From Flavobacteriaceae bacterium (lineage in GTDB: Bacteria > Bacteroidota > Bacteroidia > Flavobacteriales > Flavobacteriaceae): a stretch of DNA of 32,000 nucleotides. Positions 25,533-32,000 of this stretch are shown here, in pieces. Under the pieces are notes generated by a model. The model saw only the letters and a program-made list of their open reading frames with translations. It was not told where the DNA came from and did not search any database. Within the stretch, counting starts at the first letter, position 1; each line of letters opens with the position of its first letter. A program made the position numbers and the translations under genes. The DNA lies in the NCBI GenBank assembly GCA_965224465.1, contig OZ245049.1, positions 90,001 through 122,000 on the forward strand, written 5' to 3'.

Positions 25533-27485
25533 TCAATCCCATTTCATATATTGTAATCTTACTGCATTTAATATGGCGAGCATGGCGACACCTACATCTG
25601 CAAAAACAGCAGCCCACATGTTTGCTAAACCGAGCCCTCCTAAGACAATCACTATTAGTTTTACGCCAAAAGCAAGGTAGATGTTTTGCCAAATTACCTT
25701 TTGGGTAGATTTACTTATTTGGATGGCAGTATTAAATTTAGAAGGTTCATCTGTTTGGAAAATTACATCTGCAGTTTCTATCGCAACATCACTTCCCATA
25801 GCTCCCATTGCGATCCCTAATTGACTTGCTGCTAGTACCGGAGCATCGTTGATGCCATCGCCTATAAATGCAACTACTTTTGTTGTATCTGTTTGAATTT
25901 CTTGTACAATGCGTAATTTGTCTTCGGGCAATAAACCACCTTGGGCATTTTTGATTCCAAGTAATGCTGCTACTTTTTGACAAATGGAATCCTTGTCTCC
26001 AGACAGCATGATTATTTCTTTTATTCCTAATGATTTTATTCCATTAATGCTCTCTAGAGCATCTTCTTTTAGCGTATCAGCAATAGTTATATAACCAACA
26101 TAGACGTGGTCGATGGCAATGAGTACACACGTTTCCACAATGGTATCTATAAATGTTGGAATTTGGATGTTAAAATGTTCAAGTAATTTTTTGTTTCCTG
26201 CCAATACATGCGTTCCGTTAATTTTTCCTGAGAGTCCTTTTCCTCCAATTTCAGAAACTTCTGTAGATGGATATAATGTTTCATCAAGTTTATAAAGCTG
26301 CAATGCTTTGGAGATGGGATGCGTAGAGTTTTTTTCTAAAGAAATTACAATTCGCATGAATTCCTTTTCGGAAATAGTACGATTCGGTACAATATCCTTG
26401 ATTTCAAATACGCCTTTTGTTACGGTTCCCGTTTTATCCATAACTACGGTAGTTACCTTTGTAATAAGCTCCATATAGGTGGCTCCTTTAAATAAGATTC
26501 CATGTTTGGATGCAGCTCCGAGTCCTCCAAAATATCCTAGAGGAATTGAAATCACTAAAGCGCAAGGACATGAAATCACTAAAAATATAAGGGCTCTGTA
26601 CAGCCAATCTGCAAACTGATAATCACTTACAAAAAAATAAGGGATACACGTGATGGCAATGGCTAAATAAACAACTATTGGTGTGTATATTTTTGCGAGT
26701 TTTCGAATAAGTAGTTCTGTTTTTGCTTTTTTACTCGTAGCATTTTTAACCAATTCTAATATTTTAGAAACGGCACTGTCTTTAAATAATGCAGAAACTT
26801 TTATCTCTATTACCCCTTCCAAATTTATAGCTCCAGCAAATACTTTTTCGTTTGTTTGTACTGTATTAGGCTTGCTTTCTCCAGTGAGTGCTGCGGTATT
26901 TAAACGTGCTTTATCAGAGAGTAAGATGCCATCTAAAGGAATGCGTTCTCCTACTTTAATTTGGATTTTCTCTCCTATGTCAACGTGTTCTGGATGTATG
27001 GATTGATATGCTTTATCTCTGTATACGTGAGCAATCTTTGAGCGTACATCTAGCAAGGCTGTAATGTTGTTTTTTGCACGGTTTACAGCGCTTTCTTGGA
27101 ATAATTCTCCTACAGCATAAAAGAGCATCACTGCTACACCTTCTGAATATTCACCGATGGAAAAAGCTCCAATGGTAGCGATACTCATTAGGAAGAATTC
27201 CGTAAAAAAAGCTCCTTTTTTTATGGATTCTATAGCTTCCATCAAAACAGGGTATGCAACGGGTAGATAGGCTATTAAATACCATGTTATTCGTATCCAT
27301 CCCTTAAAAAAAGACACGTTAAAAATATGTTCAATTGCAAGCCCAGAAAGGAGCATTACAAAACTAAAAATGGCTAAAGTACTTGCATGTACTCCGTGAT
27401 TATGTGCATGTTCTTCTGGTGCTGCACTCGGTGAGCATAGTTCACTAGAACAACAATTACTTTTATGTGAAGTTATATGTTTCAT
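25533..27485 (-). CDS. P1B-2 type heavy-metal (Zn/Cd/Pb-class) exporting P-type ATPase
   Basis: 650-aa ORF with DKTGTVT, GDGINDAP and TM signatures CPCALVISIP, NIYLAFGVK and DVGVAMLAILN. The N-terminus is Cys/His-rich (CCSSELC, HAHNHGVH) rather than an HMA domain. Confidence 0.88.
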   Translation of the reverse strand: MKHITSHKSNCCSSELCSPSAAPEEHAHNHGVHASTLAIFSFVMLLSGLAIEHIFNVSFFKGWIRITWYLIAYLPVAYPVLMEAIESIKKGAFFTEFFLMSIATIGAFSIGEYSEGVAVMLFYAVGELFQESAVNRAKNNITALLDVRSKIAHVYRDKAYQSIHPEHVDIGEKIQIKVGERIPLDGILLSDKARLNTAALTGESKPNTVQTNEKVFAGAINLEGVIEIKVSALFKDSAVSKILELVKNATSKKAKTELLIRKLAKIYTPIVVYLAIAITCIPYFFVSDYQFADWLYRALIFLVISCPCALVISIPLGYFGGLGAASKHGILFKGATYMELITKVTTVVMDKTGTVTKGVFEIKDIVPNRTISEKEFMRIVISLEKNSTHPISKALQLYKLDETLYPSTEVSEIGGKGLSGKINGTHVLAGNKKLLEHFNIQIPTFIDTIVETCVLIAIDHVYVGYITIADTLKEDALESINGIKSLGIKEIIMLSGDKDSICQKVAALLGIKNAQGGLLPEDKLRIVQEIQTDTTKVVAFIGDGINDAPVLAASQLGIAMGAMGSDVAIETADVIFQTDEPSKFNTAIQISKSTQKVIWQNIYLAFGVKLIVIVLGGLGLANMWAAVFADVGVAMLAILNAVRLQYMKWD

Positions 27486-27533
27486 AAGTATCTCTATTTT
27501 GATAGTACAAAGCTAAGAGATAATTACTGCAAC

Positions 27534-27944
27534 TCAATTGCAATTTGAGCAGATGCCTTTAAGGACTAAATTATATTGTTTCAGGATAAAGTTTTTGGGC
27601 AATTCTAATGTTGGGATTTCCATGTGGTTTAAGCAAAAAGTTTCATCGCATTTTTCACAATAAAAATGAAAATGTTGATCTTTTAAACTGCAATCACATG
27701 TTGCTGTACAAAGGCCGTATTTAAGGATTCCGCTTCCATCTTCTATTTTATGGATCACTCCATTTTCTTCAAATGTTTTTAGGGTTCGGAACAGCGTACT
27801 TCTATCAGATTGTAAAAAATGAGCCTCCAAATCCAATAGGGAAGTGGTATGCCCCAAATTTGTTAGGTATTTGAGAATCAGAATTCGCATGGCTGTCGGG
27901 CGAATTCCTCTTGTAGAAAGCTTTTTTTCTTCTTTATCATTCAT
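27534..27944 (-). CDS. Fur-family metalloregulator (Zur-like)
   Basis: 136-aa ORF with a winged-helix N-terminus (RPTAMRILILKYL), HFHFYCEKC and a C-terminal CSNC pair. Confidence 0.8.
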   Translation of the reverse strand: MNDKEEKKLSTRGIRPTAMRILILKYLTNLGHTTSLLDLEAHFLQSDRSTLFRTLKTFEENGVIHKIEDGSGILKYGLCTATCDCSLKDQHFHFYCEKCDETFCLNHMEIPTLELPKNFILKQYNLVLKGICSNCN

Positions 27945-28027
27945 AATTCATCTGCTTTGGTCTTCAACATCATACTTGTACTTATAACAATCAATTGTAA
28001 AATAGATTGTCAATATGTTCTTAAATA

Positions 28028-28073
28028 ATTATTAAACACTAGAATAATTAGAATCTTTCTAGTGTTTAATAAT
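28028..28073 (-). terminator. Long perfect palindrome, probable ndh terminator (or operator)
   Basis: ATTATTAAACACTAGAA - 12 nt - TTCTAGTGTTTAATAAT, a 17-bp perfect stem. It lies 82 nt downstream of the ndh stop. On the minus strand it is followed by TTATTTAA. Confidence 0.5.
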
Positions 28074-28154
28074 GATGTTGAAATCGTCTACGCATCGGTG
28101 TGATTGCGCTTGAATAGATTGTAAATAGAACTGATACGCTTGATTGTATTTGAT

Positions 28155-29426
28155 CTATTTTTCGCGATCCCTAGGTTTAATAATCATTCTAAAAGATTGG
28201 TCTTTATAAATATAATATCCAGTCCAGTCATATACAGCTCTTAATTTGTTTCTAAAGTTAACCAAGGACATAATGTGGACAAAAATCCATATAAACCATG
28301 CAAAAAAACCATTGATATGATGTTTGTGATTAGGCGTGTCCAAGACCGCTTTGTTTCGTCCTATTATTGCTAAGGATCCTTTGTCTGTATATTGGAAAGG
28401 TTTCCAAAACTCCTTTTCTAAATGTAGGTTCCTTCCTAAATTTTGAGCTTGTTGTATCGCTACTTGTGCTACTTGTGGATGCCCTCTTGGCGTGTTTTCA
28501 TCTCCTGTGATAATAGCACAATCTCCTAAGGCATAAATGGAGTCATATCCTTCAATTAAGTTAAAGAGATCGGTTTTGAATCTTTTTCCAGGTCCTTGAC
28601 ATTCGGTACTAAAACCTTCAAATGTTCTCGCCGTAATTCCTGCAGCCCAAATTAAATTTTTAGTATGAATTTCACTGTCGTCAGACAAATATACAATCTC
28701 ATCCTTAAAGTCTTTTACTAAGGTGTTTAGTTTGATTTTAACATTGAGTTCTGTGAGTTGTTTGTGCGTATATCTTTGAGATTTTTTAGACATGGGTGCA
28801 AGCACCGTATCTTGACCGTCTATTAAATAGATTGGTCCTAGGTCTTCAGAACTCAGTTCTGGATAATCTTTTTGTATTATATGGAGTTGCATTTCCGCGA
28901 AAATTCCAGAAAGTTCTACCCCTGTTGGTCCAGCACCAGCAATTACGTAGGTCAATAATTTTTTACGTTGTTCTGTACTTTTTAAACGAGTAGCCCTTTC
29001 TAAGCGTGTAAAAATCACATTTCTTAAGGATAGCGCATCACTTATTGTCTTCATAGGAAGACTTAATTTTTCTATGTTTTTATTGCCGAAATAATTGGTT
29101 TCTACTCCAGTAGCCATTACTAAAATATCATACTTTAATTCTCCGTTACTCAATATGATTTTTTGTTCTGTTGGTACAATTTTGTCTAAGGTCCCCAACC
29201 AAAAACGTACATTTTTTTTATTTCTAACTATTTTTCTAAACGGATAACTAATGGCAGATGGCTCCATAAATCCTGCTGCTACTTGGTATATTAATGGAGG
29301 GAAAAAGTTGTAGTTGTTGGTGTCTACTAGAACAATATTATATGTATTGCAATTGTCTAATTTGTTAATGAGTTCTAGGCCTGCAAATCCTCCTCCTACA
29401 ATAACGATGGTTTTTTTATTTTTCAT
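28155..29426 (-). CDS. ndh: Type II NADH dehydrogenase (NAD(P)/FAD-dependent oxidoreductase)
   Basis: 423-aa ORF with two dinucleotide-binding motifs (VIVGGGFAG, IAGAGPTGVE) and a C-terminal membrane-anchoring region. Confidence 0.85.
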   Translation of the reverse strand: MKNKKTIVIVGGGFAGLELINKLDNCNTYNIVLVDTNNYNFFPPLIYQVAAGFMEPSAISYPFRKIVRNKKNVRFWLGTLDKIVPTEQKIILSNGELKYDILVMATGVETNYFGNKNIEKLSLPMKTISDALSLRNVIFTRLERATRLKSTEQRKKLLTYVIAGAGPTGVELSGIFAEMQLHIIQKDYPELSSEDLGPIYLIDGQDTVLAPMSKKSQRYTHKQLTELNVKIKLNTLVKDFKDEIVYLSDDSEIHTKNLIWAAGITARTFEGFSTECQGPGKRFKTDLFNLIEGYDSIYALGDCAIITGDENTPRGHPQVAQVAIQQAQNLGRNLHLEKEFWKPFQYTDKGSLAIIGRNKAVLDTPNHKHHINGFFAWFIWIFVHIMSLVNFRNKLRAVYDWTGYYIYKDQSFRMIIKPRDREK

Positions 29427-29649
29427 GTTTAACGGTACTAATAAATAAGTGTCTTATGCAAAACGTTTGTTTTAGGCTGGATATTAAACACTTGCGAAAT
29501 CGCTGTGCATAAGCTGTGTTTCAGGCAATAAATGTACGATTTTTTTATGTGTTCTCTATCGTTTCAGAGTAAGAGATAGGGGTTTTAGTAGGGATGCGTG
29601 TTTTTAGAAAAAAAAGTACTGCATGTCTTTTTTATAAAACAACACCAAT

Positions 29650-29812
29650 AATACCAAATACATTTCCAAGTGACGGTTTAAAAATGTAATTGTTTTTTAT
29701 TTTAGCTAGACAAAAAAAACTAAGGATATCCTTAGCTATGGTTCTCTTTTTTAACAACGCTAGAATGTAAAATAAATTATTTATATAGGGGTTTGGCTTT
29801 TTTGCCATTGTA
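29650..29812 (+). repeat. Intergenic repeat family copy with a degenerate right end
   Basis: ATACCAAATACATTTCCAAGTGACGGTTTAAAAATG...CTAAGGATATCCTTAGCTATGG...AACAACGCTAGAATGTAAAATAAATTATTTATATAGG. The right terminus has diverged. Confidence 0.75.
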
Positions 29813-29828
29813 AAAAAACAGAGGGTTT

Positions 29829-30266
29829 TTAAATGGCACTCTTAATAAAATCTTCGTATTCTACGTAGAATTGTTCGTATTTATCCATTGTTAGATTAAA
29901 AAACTCATAGGCGTCACGCCATGTATTTTTATTGTGAATATTAAATTTTACAGAATGTTGGCAATAGATTCGATAGATGTGTTTTCCTGTTTCTAGTACA
30001 TAGGAATTGTCAAAAACTATTCCAGGGATAAATTCATTTCTCAAAATAGTTTGTAGCGCTGTTATTTGATCGTAAAGCAGTTTGTTTTTTATAGCATTGT
30101 TAGATGTTATATCTAGAACTACCATTGCGGTTTTATAATCCGCAACAAATTTAAAACTAAACCCTTTTATTTTTGTATTGTATAAAATCCATTTTCGAGG
30201 AAATGACTTTCCAAAACTAGTCCAGAATTCTTTTCTTATACTTGCTGATTCTTCTCTACTGAACAT
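29829..30266 (-). CDS. DUF4268 domain protein
   Basis: 145-aa ORF with a family-like N-terminus (IRKEFWTSFGKSF). Confidence 0.6.
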   Translation of the reverse strand: MFSREESASIRKEFWTSFGKSFPRKWILYNTKIKGFSFKFVADYKTAMVVLDITSNNAIKNKLLYDQITALQTILRNEFIPGIVFDNSYVLETGKHIYRIYCQHSVKFNIHNKNTWRDAYEFFNLTMDKYEQFYVEYEDFIKSAI

Positions 30267-30344
30267 ATTGGTGGTAAGATGTTTACTGTTTAGATATAGG
30301 AGTGTTTTTAAGAAGCCTGGATAGTACTTAAGTTATCTCGTTGG

Positions 30345-30926
30345 TTAGCCATGCACCGTAGGGCTCGTTCCTCGTTGTTTCATAAAATCAGCTTCGTATT
30401 GTAATAATGCTTCCCATTTTTCGTCAACTATTTTACGATCTTGATACTGTCTAGCAAAGGCTAAAAAGGTAGTGTAATGTCCCGCTTCAGAGATCATTAA
30501 TTCTTTATAGAATTTTGACAATTCTTCATCTTCCATGTTTTCTGAAAAAACCTTAAATCGTTCGCAACTACGTGCTTCTATTAAAGCAGCAATTAGTAAC
30601 CGTTGGATGAGGCTTTCGTCTCTGTCTTTGGTTTTAGTAAAGTATTTTTGTAGGTGTGCGGCATAATCGTTTTTAGAGGCACGGCCTAGGGTCATTCCAC
30701 GTTTTACCATCAAATCATGCACCATTTTAAAATGCTCTAATTCTTCAATAGAAATTAGTGCCATTTCTTTAACCAATTCCGTTTGTTCGGAATAATTCAT
30801 TATAATAGAGATGGCATTTGAGGCTGCCTTTTGCTCTGCATACGCATGGTCTGTTAATATTTCTCGTAAATCGCTTTTAGCTATTTCTGCCCAAGAAGTG
30901 GCAGTTTCAAATTTTAATCCTAACAT
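30345..30926 (-). CDS. miaE: tRNA-(ms2io6A37) hydroxylase, ferritin-like di-iron
   Basis: 193-aa ORF with MiaE-type motifs (DHAYAEQKAA, EELEHF, ALIEARSCERF, EAGHY). Confidence 0.8.
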   Translation of the reverse strand: MLGLKFETATSWAEIAKSDLREILTDHAYAEQKAASNAISIIMNYSEQTELVKEMALISIEELEHFKMVHDLMVKRGMTLGRASKNDYAAHLQKYFTKTKDRDESLIQRLLIAALIEARSCERFKVFSENMEDEELSKFYKELMISEAGHYTTFLAFARQYQDRKIVDEKWEALLQYEADFMKQRGTSPTVHG

Positions 30927-32000
30927 TATGAGTCAAACTTTATTTTTATTTCTTCTAAACTATTTTCAGAACCAACCAAGGTCATTTCATCTCCTAAGCG
31001 CAATCGAGTATAACCGTGGGAAATAATCATTTGCCCTTTTCGTTTTACCGATAATACGATTACATCAGAAGGAAGGCGTAAATCACGTAAATTGAGTCCA
31101 TGAATATCGCTATTTCTAATTTCTATGTCCATGGTATCTTGACCTTCGTCCATTCCCAGTAGGAGGGAAGTAGCATTGGGAGATCGTACAAAATGATCCA
31201 TTAGACTTACCATTGCAGTTGCCGGTTCGATAATTAGCACACCTAATTGATGGAATTTATCAAAATTTTCTCGCTCATTTAATCGTACAATTATATCCTT
31301 GGTTCCTACATACTCATATAATAGCTCTGCAATTTTGTAGTTTTCTTGATCAGAGAGCATCAATACGATGGCTTCTGCTTTTTTTAATTGTAATTCTTTA
31401 AAAACATCAATAGAAATTGTATCCACTTGAATAATATCATGTATGCTATCATCGGGTTTCATACCTTTTAAACAAACAATACGAGTGTTCCATTTGTGTT
31501 TTTCTAATTGTGTTGCTAAGGCAATAGATTGATTTTCAATACCAAAAATCACAGCATCTCTCGTGCCATCAAAATCAGGAACTTTGGCGCGTAAATGTGT
31601 TTCTTTAACATAATTTAGGGCGTACTTAAATAATGGAGGTCCAACCAATTGATTGATAACGATAATTGCAATAACAATGGTTTCAAATTCGTGACCCCAA
31701 GTAGGGAATTCTTTTGCAATAATGGTTGCTAGTCCAAGAGCAACTCCTGCTTGTGTTAAAAAGGGCATCCATGCAATGGGAATGTATTTTTTATCGTCCT
31801 TGGCTGCAAGTACTCCAAAGGCGCCTCCTAGAACCATGGTTATCAGTCTTAAAAAAAACAACGCAATTGCTATTCCAAAAACACTCATTAACACTTGTAG
31901 TGATAAAGACGCTCCAGTAAGCGTAAAGAATACGATAAAAATTAAAGGACTGATGTCGTGTAATAATTTGGAGAATTCTATGCGATGTTTGCTGTAATTT
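30926..32000 (-). CDS. Cation/H+ antiporter with C-terminal RCK/TrkA-C domains (5' end outside the window)
   Basis: The track ORF starts at a GTG (31894), but I read the frame as staying open to position 32000. The TM region runs into a TrkA-C-like tail (DIEIRNSDIHGLNLRDLRLPSDVIVLSVKRKG). Its stop codon overlaps the miaE ATG by 1 nt. Confidence 0.8.
   Translation of the reverse strand, partial: NYSKHRIEFSKLLHDISPLIFIVFFTLTGASLSLQVLMSVFGIAIALFFLRLITMVLGGAFGVLAAKDDKKYIPIAWMPFLTQAGVALGLATIIAKEFPTWGHEFETIVIAIIVINQLVGPPLFKYALNYVKETHLRAKVPDFDGTRDAVIFGIENQSIALATQLEKHKWNTRIVCLKGMKPDDSIHDIIQVDTISIDVFKELQLKKAEAIVLMLSDQENYKIAELLYEYVGTKDIIVRLNERENFDKFHQLGVLIIEPATAMVSLMDHFVRSPNATSLLLGMDEGQDTMDIEIRNSDIHGLNLRDLRLPSDVIVLSVKRKGQMIISHGYTRLRLGDEMTLVGSENSLEEIKIKFDS

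Noticed and set aside
21430-27006. Short ORFs inside or antisense to the receptor, the FMN_bind protein and the ATPase (21430-21615, 21752-21952, 23303-23503, 25789-25983, 26113-26295, 26683-27006), and 22377-22625 antisense to the chelatase-like gene.
   Set aside because: They are shadow ORFs within strongly supported genes and have no independent signals.

Overview
This is an AT-rich chromosomal segment, roughly one-third G+C by eye. It looks like Bacteroidota, probably Flavobacteriia-like. The evidence is TAnnTTTG-type -7 promoter boxes, no obvious Shine-Dalgarno sites, a TonB-dependent receptor plus HmuY-like lipoprotein pair, and many lipoprotein signal peptides. Gene content from left to right: a complete his operon (hisG-D-C, a gap, then hisB-H-A-F-IE) preceded by a short His-codon leader ORF and an intrinsic terminator; a DUF2461 protein; glmM; an OMP; an LpxL/HtrB-type acyltransferase; a rhomboid protease; three tandem tRNA-Gly(UCC) genes; a double-GNAT protein; an NTF2-like lipoprotein; a CarboxypepD_reg protein; a TonB-dependent receptor + HmuY-like operon, divergent from an exported CbiX/CbiK-like chelatase lipoprotein + FMN_bind/NapH-like membrane redox protein + methyltransferase; a Fur-family regulator + P1B-2 metal ATPase; Ndh-2; DUF4268; MiaE; and a cation/H+ antiporter truncated at the right edge. 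Three things stand out. (1) An unrecognised intergenic repeat family of about 162 bp with imperfect terminal inverted repeats occurs at eight loci (about 2 kb of the window). One copy lies inside the his operon, one is a 73-bp internally deleted derivative, and one locus is a 930-bp modular tandem array (3 x 51 bp + 7 x 111 bp). (2) The receptor/HmuY and exported chelatase/flavinylated polyferredoxin locus is a candidate extracytoplasmic metalloporphyrin de-metallation system. (3) The his operon has a candidate leader-peptide attenuator. No CRISPR array, transposase, integrase or recognisable defence gene was seen. All similarity statements come from reading the sequence and from remembered family motifs; no searches were run.
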